A stretch of 64,000 nt of DNA, taken from positions 224,001 to 288,000 of the forward strand of contig JAWLHY010000003.1 in NCBI GenBank assembly GCA_041690135.1, written 5' to 3'. Positions 46,312 through 54,404 of the stretch are shown one piece after another. The translations under genes were made by a program, and so were the position numbers. The stretch comes from Armatimonadota bacterium (GTDB taxonomy: Bacteria > Armatimonadota > SYMT01). Each line of letters starts with the position of its first letter. The first letter of the stretch is position 1. The notes below the pieces were generated by a model. The model saw only the letters and a program-made list of their open reading frames with translations, made no database searches and was not told the DNA's origin.

Positions 46312-47667
46312 TCAGTTCCGCTGCAGGATGGCGTTGGCTTCCGCCTCGATATCGCGGAGAGCATCCGCGGGCTTCTTGGTGCCCAGCATCGCGGCCTGCA
46401 GGTGCGGCATGGCCGCCACCCGCACCTGGTAGTACGCCGGGGCCGTAAGCCCCAGGTCCACCATCCCGTTCTCGTCCATCCACTGCTTCACGAGCTTGAA
46501 GTTCGCGTCGTCCGCCAGGGGATCGCCGGTCGACTTGCGGGTGGGGAACTGGCGGGCGTTGCGGCAGTAGATCCGCTGGCGCTCGGGGGTGTTGAGCCAC
46601 CGCGCGAACTCCATCACCGCCTTCCGCTTCTGCTCATCCTTCTGCTTGAAGACGACGAAGGCCGTGGGGCCCACGGGCATCGGCGACTTGAGGCCCGGCT
46701 CGTGGGGGAACTGGAGGACCTGCAGCTTCACCGGCACCTTCAGCCGGTCCTGCTTGCGGGCCGTGTCCACCCATTGGAAGGCGTAGAGCGAATCGCCCCA
46801 CGCGGCGGTCTGGCCCTGGCCCACCATGTTCTGGAGTTCCGAGTTCGCCAGCGTGGTCGTGCCTGGCGGAATCAGCTTCTCACGCTCCATCCGCACCAGG
46901 AACTCGAGCGCCTCTACCCCCTTGGGGGAGTTGATCGTGGTGCGGCTGTAATCCCCCGGAGGAAAGACGAAGGCGCCCTTGCCCCAGAAGAAGCCGTAGT
47001 TGCAGTAATCCGCCTGCTCGGAAGCGAACTGCGCCCACCAGGGCCACACGCGGTCCGGCTTGGCCACGGCACGCATGGCCGTCAGGAACTGGTCGTAGGT
47101 CCAGTCGCCCTTTCCTTCCGGTGGTAGGAGATCCGCCTTCCCCTCCGCTTCCCAGATCGCCCGGTTGACGAAGACGGCGATGGTCCAGGCGTAGATCGGC
47201 AGGCCGTGAAGCTGGCCGTCGACGGTGTACAGCTTCCGGTAGAACGGGTCGTAATCTTCCAGTTCTTCCTTCGGGAGCACGGGCAAAAAGTCTTCCAGCA
47301 GGCCCTGGTGTGCGTAGCCAGCCGTTCGTCCCAGGAAGTCCTTGAGCAGGTCCGGAGGGCTCCCGGCCGCGATCGACGCCGTGACTTTCTTCGTCAACTC
47401 CTCGGCGGCGAGTGGCTGGACCTCGATCTCGACCTCCGGGTGGAGCTTCATGTACTCCGCGGCCTGGATCTTCTCGTAGTCACCGTACTCGCGGGTCTGC
47501 TCCTCCAGCCCCTCCACGTCTTTGATCTCGGGCGTGACCCAGTAAACGATGCGGGTCCGGCCCCCGCCGGCACCCCCTCCGGCGCCGGACTTACCCGACG
47601 CGCCGCAGCCCGCAAGCACGCTGCCCATCAGTAGAAGCAGAACGCCGGTCAGTCCTCTCCACCGCAT
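46312..47667 (-). CDS. Sugar ABC transporter substrate-binding lipoprotein
   Basis: VLAGC lipobox; AAGSPPDL; AGGAG RBS. Confidence 0.92.
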   Translation of the reverse strand: MRWRGLTGVLLLLMGSVLAGCGASGKSGAGGGAGGGRTRIVYWVTPEIKDVEGLEEQTREYGDYEKIQAAEYMKLHPEVEIEVQPLAAEELTKKVTASIAAGSPPDLLKDFLGRTAGYAHQGLLEDFLPVLPKEELEDYDPFYRKLYTVDGQLHGLPIYAWTIAVFVNRAIWEAEGKADLLPPEGKGDWTYDQFLTAMRAVAKPDRVWPWWAQFASEQADYCNYGFFWGKGAFVFPPGDYSRTTINSPKGVEALEFLVRMEREKLIPPGTTTLANSELQNMVGQGQTAAWGDSLYAFQWVDTARKQDRLKVPVKLQVLQFPHEPGLKSPMPVGPTAFVVFKQKDEQKRKAVMEFARWLNTPERQRIYCRNARQFPTRKSTGDPLADDANFKLVKQWMDENGMVDLGLTAPAYYQVRVAAMPHLQAAMLGTKKPADALRDIEAEANAILQRN

Positions 47668-47751
47668 CGCACGACTCCTCTTCGCTTACCTGGTCGCCCT
47701 TCCCGTATCCAGCCCCCGAATGCTAGAAGGGCCACAGGCACTCAGCATTGT

Positions 47752-47770
47752 TGCTATAGCAGTTATAGCG
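47752..47770. promoter_or_regulatory. Putative GntR operator (site 3)
   Basis: tgctata-gcagt-tatagcg, about 85 bp upstream of the substrate-binding protein operon. Confidence 0.7.
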
Positions 47771-47958
47771 CCGGAAGATAAACTCCTTCCACGATCGGGA
47801 ATTTGTCTTCGAGAGTCCTTTCGTGCCCGGTCGCGCGAATCCATCCTTCCTTTCGTGAATGCCGGTTGTGAGGTTGGGTCCGTCGAGGTGACGGGGATGG
47901 TTTTCCACTCGCACAATCAGTACAATGGGGTCAGGTCAATCGCCTGTGGAGGATCCTT

Positions 47959-48246
47959 ATGACACTCATCATCGACCTTACCCCGGAGGAAGAGGCGCGC
48001 TTGCAAGCGGCTGCTCGCCGCCAGGGTATCGATCCCGCCGAGTGTGCCCGGCGTCTTCTCCAGCAAAATCTGCCAGAGTCGCCCCCGGGAGCTGCCACCC
48101 GCGCGCTATTTGCGCAGTGGGCACGGGAAGATGCGACCGAAGACCCCGCGGAGATTCGGGCTCGAGAGGTCGAGTGGAACGAGACCCGGAGATCGCTGAA
48201 CGAGGCGCGACTGGTGGCAGGAGAGGAACCGCTGTTCGATGATTGA
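47959..48246 (+). CDS. Putative antitoxin
   Basis: MTLIIDLTPEEEARLQAAARRQG (RHH-like); overlaps the downstream PIN gene by 8 nt. Confidence 0.75.
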   Translation: MTLIIDLTPEEEARLQAAARRQGIDPAECARRLLQQNLPESPPGAATRALFAQWAREDATEDPAEIRAREVEWNETRRSLNEARLVAGEEPLFDD

Positions 48247-48700
48247 CGGGATTGTCCTCGACTCGGGAGTACTCTCGCTCGCTACCCATCGCGTGGGGTT
48301 ACCGGAAGCGGATACACGCCGGGAGTGGATCACGGACTGTCTTGACGCCGGCGCACGCATTCTCGTACCGGCCATCGCCAACTATGAAACGAGACGCGAG
48401 TTGCTTCGGGCCGGGAAGGCCTCCGCTCTTCATCGGCTGGACGCTTTCATTTCTGCGGAATCAGACCGTTATATACCCCTCACAGACGATGCCCTGCTCC
48501 AGGCAGCCCAGCTTTGGGCGGATTCGCGCCGGACGGGACAACCTACGGCCGATCCCAAAGCACTCGACGGCGATGTCATTCTTGCTGCACAGGTGCTTTC
48601 GCTGGGTCTATCACCGGATAGCCTCATCGTAGCCACTTCGAATGTGCGCCATCTTGCGCGTTTCGTGAGAGCTGATGTCTGGGCCAAAATACGGCTCTGA
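48239..48700 (+). CDS. PIN-domain (VapC-like) toxin
   Basis: IVLDSGVL, IANYETRRELLR, LDGDVILAAQ, VATSNVRHL motifs. Confidence 0.88.
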   Translation: MIDGIVLDSGVLSLATHRVGLPEADTRREWITDCLDAGARILVPAIANYETRRELLRAGKASALHRLDAFISAESDRYIPLTDDALLQAAQLWADSRRTGQPTADPKALDGDVILAAQVLSLGLSPDSLIVATSNVRHLARFVRADVWAKIRL

Positions 48701-48739
48701 GATCAGATTGCGTGTCGGTGATTGGTCACACTTCCTGTG

Positions 48740-49261
48740 ATGCCGCGAGACACCCAGAGGCGACGAACTATCCAGCGTATCGTCAGCATGACGATTCTCC
48801 TCGCGCCGGTGCTCGCTTTCTGGCGACTCTGGGAGCACAAGAAGTGGACCGCCGACTTCGGCACCCGGCCGCCGGAAGCGACCTACCAATGGGTGATGGC
48901 GGAGCCGCCCCCGGAAGGGCTCACCGGATTACGGGTGACCGGGCGCTGCTATCTCGGCATGAAGAACTGGGTCTGGATGCGCTTCGAGTTAACGGAAGAG
49001 GCGCTGCAGACCCTCGTCGCTGATCGGGAGCGCCTCACTCCGGCCGAAGTCCGGAAGCGGTTTGGAGGCTACGGCTCGGCGGATCGCCACTTCGACACGC
49101 AGGATATGCGGGAGATCGGGTGGCACGACGTGACGGCGATTGAGAAGCCGGAGCTCTACCAGGTCGGCAGCGAAGCTGATGGATCGCCATTCATCTGGTT
49201 CGGAGTACTGACGCTGGACCGGAGGAATCGCCGCGGCTTCATCCGTGCCTGGGGTGACTGA
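48740..49261 (+). CDS. Hypothetical membrane-anchored protein
   Basis: N-terminal TM segment followed by a plausible soluble domain. Confidence 0.65.
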   Translation: MPRDTQRRRTIQRIVSMTILLAPVLAFWRLWEHKKWTADFGTRPPEATYQWVMAEPPPEGLTGLRVTGRCYLGMKNWVWMRFELTEEALQTLVADRERLTPAEVRKRFGGYGSADRHFDTQDMREIGWHDVTAIEKPELYQVGSEADGSPFIWFGVLTLDRRNRRGFIRAWGD

Positions 49262-49351
49262 AGGCCCACACGGCACAACGGGTACGTGACCAGGACCAGG
49301 CAGGCATCGGAGAGCCTGCCCTCCTCTTGCTAACATACATGACGAACTCTC

Positions 49352-49380
49352 TTCCCACATTGCGCCGCGGGTGCTATAAT
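49352..49380 (+). promoter_or_regulatory. Sigma70 promoter of the rpsF operon (extended -10)
   Basis: TTCCCA-N17-TATAAT with TGn extension (tgctataat). Confidence 0.6.
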
Positions 49381-49536
49381 CGACCGATTTATGGCGGCGC
49401 CGGCTGCGTGTAAACCGCTCGCAGCCGCGTCCGGGCCTCTCCGCCCGGCCTCTTTCCGGGGCGTTCCTCCGGAAACCAGCGCTACCTCTCGGAATCCGTC
49501 GCCACGCCGGAATCCGGGATTTGGTGCGTGGAATGC

Positions 49537-49596
49537 CGCCTTTACCCTGCCCCTGACGTACGGGGGCTGCCCGAAAGGGTGTCCGAAGGGAGGTGA
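49537..49596 (+). ncRNA. S6:S18 ribosomal protein leader (autoregulatory RNA)
   Basis: Pyrimidine tract able to pair with the SD, gcccc..ggggg hairpin, and CCG immediately before AAGGGAGGTG, upstream of rpsF. Confidence 0.55.
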
Positions 49597-49600
49597 GAAG

Positions 49601-50104
49601 ATGCGACAGTACGAAGCGGTTTATATCCTGGACCCCGCGTTGGAGGAAGCCGAGCTGAACGGGCTCGTCGAGCGCTTTCAGACACTGGTGACCGACAACG
49701 GGGGAACCATTCAGCACCTGGATCGTTGGGAGCGCCGCCGGCTGGCCTATGAGGTCAAAGGCCGACGGGAAGGCTACTACATCGTGATGAATTTCCAGGG
49801 CGAGCCCGCCACGGAAGCGGAGTTGACCCGCGTTTTCCGGATTACCGATGGTGTTCTGCGGAGCATGATCGTCCGGATGGACGAGCGGCGCGCGGATAAG
49901 GTGATCGCGGAAGCGAAGGCGGCGGCGGAAGCCAAGGCCCGCGCTGCCGAGGAAGCCCGCGCGGCCGAAGAGGCGGCGGCTGCCGAAGCAGCGGCGCTGG
50001 AAGCTGCGGCGCCTGCGGCGCCGGAGGAACCGGCAGAGCCCGCCGAGGGTCAGGCTGCAACCGAGGAAGCTCAGGAAGTATCGGAAGCTGGATCAGAGGA
50101 ATGA
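49601..50104 (+). CDS. rpsF: 30S ribosomal protein S6 with an Ala/Glu-rich C-terminal tail
   Basis: MRQYEAVYILDP...WERRRLAYEV...GYY; strong SD GGAGGTG. Confidence 0.97.
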   Translation: MRQYEAVYILDPALEEAELNGLVERFQTLVTDNGGTIQHLDRWERRRLAYEVKGRREGYYIVMNFQGEPATEAELTRVFRITDGVLRSMIVRMDERRADKVIAEAKAAAEAKARAAEEARAAEEAAAAEAAALEAAAPAAPEEPAEPAEGQAATEEAQEVSEAGSEE

Positions 50105-50130
50105 GACACTGGACTTGGAGATGACGAGAG

Positions 50131-50559
50131 ATGCTGAACAAGGTCATTCTGATTGGGCGAGTTGCAAACGATCCTGAGTTGAAGTACACCCCGAGCGGGG
50201 TGGCGGTCAGCACGTTTCGGGTGGCGGTGAACCGGCCCTTCCTTAACGGGCAGGGTGAACGGGAAGCCGATTTCATCGACGTGGTTGCGTGGCGTCAGGC
50301 AGCGGAATTCGCTGCCAATTACCTGGGCAAGGGCCATCTGATCGCCGTGGAGGGACGGCTGCAGATTCGGTCTTACCAGGCGCAGGATGGGTCTCGCCGC
50401 CGGGTGGCGGAAGTGGTTTGCGAGAACCTCAAAGCCCTGTCGCGTCCGCGCGAAGGTGGGGGCGATGGGGCCGGCGCGACCGCTCACGTCGGCGGAGGCG
50501 GTGGAGGCATGGGCATGGACGAAGGGCCCGGCTTCGAAGACCCGTTCCAGGACGAGTAG
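50131..50559 (+). CDS. ssb: Single-stranded DNA-binding protein
   Basis: MLNKVILIGR...DPELKYTPSG; acidic C-terminus EDPFQDE. Confidence 0.97.
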   Translation: MLNKVILIGRVANDPELKYTPSGVAVSTFRVAVNRPFLNGQGEREADFIDVVAWRQAAEFAANYLGKGHLIAVEGRLQIRSYQAQDGSRRRVAEVVCENLKALSRPREGGGDGAGATAHVGGGGGGMGMDEGPGFEDPFQDE

Positions 50560-50576
50560 TCGGTTAAGGAGGACCT

Positions 50577-50819
50577 ATGCCCCCGCGCATGAAGACCAAC
50601 CGCTATCGGCGCACGCGGCGGAAGCCGTGCCTGTTTTGCGTCGAGAAGTCGGACCACATCGACTACAAGGCCCACCAGAAACTGAAGAAGTTCACGTCAG
50701 ACCGGGGCAAGATTCTGCCGCGCAAGACGAGCGGCGTGTGCGCGAGCCACCAGCGGATGCTGGCGGACGCCATCCGGCGCGCCCGCGAAATCGCGCTTCT
50801 TCCGTTCGTGGCCGAGTAG
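50577..50819 (+). CDS. rpsR: 30S ribosomal protein S18 (Zn-binding C+ form)
   Basis: [35 protein letters not shown]. Confidence 0.97.
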   Translation: MPPRMKTNRYRRTRRKPCLFCVEKSDHIDYKAHQKLKKFTSDRGKILPRKTSGVCASHQRMLADAIRRAREIALLPFVAE

Positions 50820-50837
50820 TCTCGGAAACCCACAACG

Positions 50838-50884
50838 AAAAACAGAAGGCCCCGGAGTGCGAAACTCCGGGGCCTTCTGTTTTC
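50838..50884 (+). terminator. Rho-independent terminator (bidirectional)
   Basis: aaaacagaaggccccggagt-gcgaa-actccggggccttctgtttt. Confidence 0.9.
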
Positions 50885-50940
50885 GATTCGTCCTGTATCA
50901 ATCGCGAACAGCTCTGCTCTGCCCAAAGGACGGAGGCCTC

Positions 50941-51393
50941 GTGAATCGCCAGACATTCTGCAGCGCCCTTGAGCTGGCTGCGAATTCCTGTCGCCGCTTC
51001 GCGCAGCAGTTCACCGCCGAGAGCTTGCCGGATGAAGTTCGGTTCGACCTACTGGTTGGGGACATGCGAGTGGATGATGCCGGTCTGGTGAAGCTCCCCG
51101 GCGGGCGATGCCTGAATCCGGAAGCACTCAATGCCCTTACCGCGGAACGTCTCTGTCGCCTTCTGTGGGTCGAGGGGAAAATCCCGTGCTGGATCAACTT
51201 CCTCTTCGACTCCTACGATGACGAGTACGTTTAAGTGCGAGTGGACTTCTGCCGTCAGTTCACCGATGACGACACGAAGCTCTATCACGCGCGGGAAGGC
51301 AACCCTCCCTTTCACATCCTCGGGCCCTCGGTGCCCGACGGCTGGACCTCGGTGGAAGAAAGTGGGTTTATCGAGATCCCGAAACGAACCTGA
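50941..51393 (+). pseudogene. Hypothetical protein interrupted by an in-frame TAA at 51232-51234
   Basis: GGAGG RBS and GTG start. The same frame continues after the TAA as VRVDFCRQFTDDDTKLYHAREGNPPFHILGPSVP...TGA, which reads as the natural C-terminus of this kind of protein. Confidence 0.7.
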
Positions 51394-51511
51394 GGAGGCG
51401 CCAGGTGCGGGCCCATTGGCGCGAGTACGCGTTGCTTCTGCGTCCCTCTGTGTCGAAAGGCAACTCCGGCACCGCGAAACGAACTTTGCTCCCGCCTCCG
51501 CAGGCCGCCGC

Positions 51512-51544
51512 TCCTAATCCTAATCGTAGTCCTTATCCTAATCC
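51512..51544. repeat. CCTAAT/CCTTAT hexamer tract
   Basis: tcctaatcctaatcgtagtccttatcctaatcc; similar to 8064-8133. Confidence 0.55.
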
Positions 51545-51551
51545 GCGCAGC

Positions 51552-52496
51552 CTAGTATTCCCCGACGTTCTTCAGGGTCACGGTAACGCCAGGCGGCACG
51601 GAGCGCGTCAACCAGACGTTGCCACCAATGGTGGCGCCCTGCCCGATCACCGTATCGCCGCCCAGGATGGTGGCGCCGGGGTAGATCACCACGTCGTCCT
51701 CAATGGTGGGATGGCGCTTGCCGGTCTTGTGGGGCAGGCCCGCATCGTCCGTCTTCACGCTGCGGGCGCCCAGGGTCACGCCCTGGTACATCCGCACCCG
51801 GTTGCCGATCACCGCCGTCTCGCCGACCACCACGCCGGTGCCGTGGTCGATGAAGAAACTCTCGCCGATGGTGGCGCCGGGATGGATCTCGATGCCGGTC
51901 CGCTGGTGGACGTACTCCGTCATGATGCGGGGAATCAGCGGCACGTCGAGCAGGTAGAGCTCGTGGGCCACGCGGTGGGTGGTGATGGCCCGCAGGCCGG
52001 GGTAGCTAAGGATGATCTCGCTGTAGCTGCGGGCGGCGGGGTCCCCTTTGTAGGCTGCAACCACGTCGAGTTTCAGCAGTTCGCGGGTCCGGGGGAGGCG
52101 GTCGAAAAAGATGCCCATCACCCGTTCGGCCTCGGCCGCCAGCATACCCTCGTCGACCGTTTCCACCTTTGCATCCGGCCGCTCGGAATCGTATTTGCTG
52201 CGGTAGCGGAGGGGGAGGGCGCGCTTCACCTGCCGGTAGAGGATGTCGTAGGTCTCATCCAGCCGTTCGATGACCATCGTTTCGAGCGGCACGCTCCGAT
52301 CGCACGACGAGCGGTAGCCCGGATAGAAGACGTCGTCCAGCAGGGAGAGGACGCGCAGGACCTCCGCCTCCACCGGCGCCTCGCAGCACGACCCGATGGG
52401 GTTGCGCCCATCGCCGTTGTCGAAGCTGGGCGCCAGTTCTTCCAGGGCGCGGCTCATCACCGCCGCCTTCCGCTCGATGTAATCGCGACTGGTCAT
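51552..52496 (-). CDS. cysE: Serine O-acetyltransferase (EpsC-type CysE)
   Basis: GDPAA, YPG, HRVAH, TGIEIHPGATIG..FFIDHGTG, KRHPT motifs. Confidence 0.93.
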   Translation of the reverse strand: MTSRDYIERKAAVMSRALEELAPSFDNGDGRNPIGSCCEAPVEAEVLRVLSLLDDVFYPGYRSSCDRSVPLETMVIERLDETYDILYRQVKRALPLRYRSKYDSERPDAKVETVDEGMLAAEAERVMGIFFDRLPRTRELLKLDVVAAYKGDPAARSYSEIILSYPGLRAITTHRVAHELYLLDVPLIPRIMTEYVHQRTGIEIHPGATIGESFFIDHGTGVVVGETAVIGNRVRMYQGVTLGARSVKTDDAGLPHKTGKRHPTIEDDVVIYPGATILGGDTVIGQGATIGGNVWLTRSVPPGVTVTLKNVGEY

Positions 52497-52545
52497 AGTA
52501 ACGGGATTCTATCACTCGCCACGCAGCGTCACGTGCACCCTGGAT

Positions 52546-52695
52546 GGTAGGGAATGTGACGCCGTTCCATTCCGCAGGCACCGTTATTGATCCCGTTCGG
52601 CCAAACGGGACCGATCCTGACACGAGACGGCTACGAGTGGTCAGGACGGGATCAGCCCCAGGATGGCGGAACGCTACGGCGAGACGTTCCCTACA
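52546..52695. mobile_element. 150 bp REPIN/MITE-like element, copy 2
   Basis: Same ends and length as 7874-8023. Confidence 0.8.
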
Positions 52696-52871
52696 GGTGC
52701 CACCTTCGAAGGCTCGCCCGTCGGGGCCTGACCCACACCGCCAGACGTGTACCGGTGAAGTGCGAATCTGATTACCACCCGCCGGATGCACTCCTCTGGC
52801 GGGCCGCGTTCGTGGATCTATCCCTCCGAGAGTTCTGGTCTCTTGCTCGCTTTGCCGGGTAGAATCAGGCC

Positions 52872-53693
52872 ATGCTCTGGTCCTGGCTGCGAGAAAAGAA
52901 ACGCCGGAAGCTCCGGTCGGCGCCGTTTCCGGAGGCATGGCTCGACTATCTGGACGAGAACGTGCCGCATTACGCAGCGCTCTCCGATTACGAGCAAGAG
53001 GTCCTGCGCCAGAACCTGCGGATCTTCATTGCGGAAAAACACTGGGAAGCGTTCGGCGATCTGGTCCTCACAGAAGAGATGCAGGTGACGGTCGCCGCGC
53101 AGGCCTGCCTCCTCACCCTGAACCTGCCGGAGTGCTTCTACCCGAACGTCCGGTCGATCTTTCTCTATCCGGCAAGCTACCGGGTACGTACCCGCTCGGT
53201 CAACCCGGCCGGCGTGGTCACGGAAGGGCGGTCCTACCGCCTGGGCGAAGCCTGGCACGGTGGGCCGGTGGTCCTCTCCTGGCAGGACGTGCTCGCCGGC
53301 GGGCTCGACCCGGACGACGGTCGCAACGTCGTCTTCCACGAATTCGCCCACAAGTTGGACATGCTGGACGGCAGCGTGGACGGCACGCCGCGGGTCCATG
53401 AGGACTCCGCCTATGGGCGCTGGTATGCGGCGATGCGCCTCGAGTGGGAACGGCTGCGGGGCGAACGCGACCCGGACCGGCCTGGGATCCTCGATCCCTA
53501 CGGAGCGCAGGACGCCGGCGAGTTGTTCGCGGTGGCTACGGAGGCGTTCTTTGAACGCCCAGTGGAGCTGCGGCACTGGCACGCGGAGTTGTATGCCGTG
53601 CTGGCGGAGTACTATCGGCAGAATCCCGCGGCCCGTTTAGACGCACACGCAACAAAATCGCCACGAACAGTTTCTGCACGCGGGCTTGCCTGA
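52872..53693 (+). CDS. MtfA-like zinc-dependent peptidase (M90)
   Basis: GEAWHGGPVVLSW, NVVFHEFAHKLD, ELFAVATEAFFE motifs. Confidence 0.93.
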   Translation: MLWSWLREKKRRKLRSAPFPEAWLDYLDENVPHYAALSDYEQEVLRQNLRIFIAEKHWEAFGDLVLTEEMQVTVAAQACLLTLNLPECFYPNVRSIFLYPASYRVRTRSVNPAGVVTEGRSYRLGEAWHGGPVVLSWQDVLAGGLDPDDGRNVVFHEFAHKLDMLDGSVDGTPRVHEDSAYGRWYAAMRLEWERLRGERDPDRPGILDPYGAQDAGELFAVATEAFFERPVELRHWHAELYAVLAEYYRQNPAARLDAHATKSPRTVSARGLA

Positions 53694-53713
53694 CGGAGGG
53701 ACTCTGATATAAT
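53686..53713 (+). promoter_or_regulatory. Sigma70 promoter, distal, upstream of rpoB
   Basis: TTGCCT-N16-TATAAT with TGn extension. Confidence 0.6.
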
Positions 53714-54013
53714 CACTCGGGCCGGTTTACCCCCTCGGTGTCGCTTCCCCGGGGTGAAGGCAGGCCCGTGCCGGGGACCCGCCCGGTTCCGAGGGATACC
53801 AGAACCCATGACCCACGAGCCAATGCCAGCTTCTTCCCGACTATCCGTGGTGCTTGGGACTCCCCATCCGCCCTCGCCTCCCTTATTGCCGTATCAACCC
53901 TGACCGGAGCCGGAATCGGCTTTCACGGGATGGGTAGTTCGGAGTTTTCCGTCGGCTCTCGGGCGCCATCCGGCTCCGTTAGCCGCCCGCGCGTGAATTC
54001 CCTCCGCGTCTCA

Positions 54014-54042
54014 TTGACTCGGAGTGCCCTCATGGATAGAAT
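54014..54042 (+). promoter_or_regulatory. Sigma70 promoter, proximal rpoB promoter
   Basis: TTGACT-N17-TAGAAT. Confidence 0.7.
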
Positions 54043-54404
54043 GAGTGCTTGCGTCCGGCGCCAGCTCATGGGGGAGTAACGGACCCGTTTGGGCCGCCTG
54101 GGGCGCCCTGCTTTTATCATCGGCGCCCACCGCTTCGCCGTAGAGGGTGGGTGGGCGACAGTTCGGATATTTTCTCTACGGATTCTGGAATACTGGTTGC
54201 ACCTGGGTGTCACCCGGACCCCCACCCCGGTCTTCAGCCCTCGCCCCTCGGCGGGTACGCCTCTCTCCGGAGATAGCGAGAGGCGCTGGAGATAGTTGTC
54301 GGAGTAGGGCCCCGGTTCCCCTCTTCGCGGCCGTACAGAGGGAGCGAAGTCGCCGCCCCGGCTACTGAGGCGGACGACGAGATTACTGAAGGAGACAGGC
54401 CGAC

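Noticed and set aside
24971-47667. Both ABC clusters lack an ATPase gene
   Set aside because: Common for CUT1 sugar transporters, which share an ATPase encoded elsewhere.
49391-49600. 70 aa N-terminal extension of S6
   Set aside because: A strong SD and the canonical MRQYE start are at 49601; the region is better explained as leader RNA.
51232-51234. Programmed stop-codon recoding
   Set aside because: The codon is TAA, which is used as a normal stop elsewhere in the window, and no recoding signal is evident.
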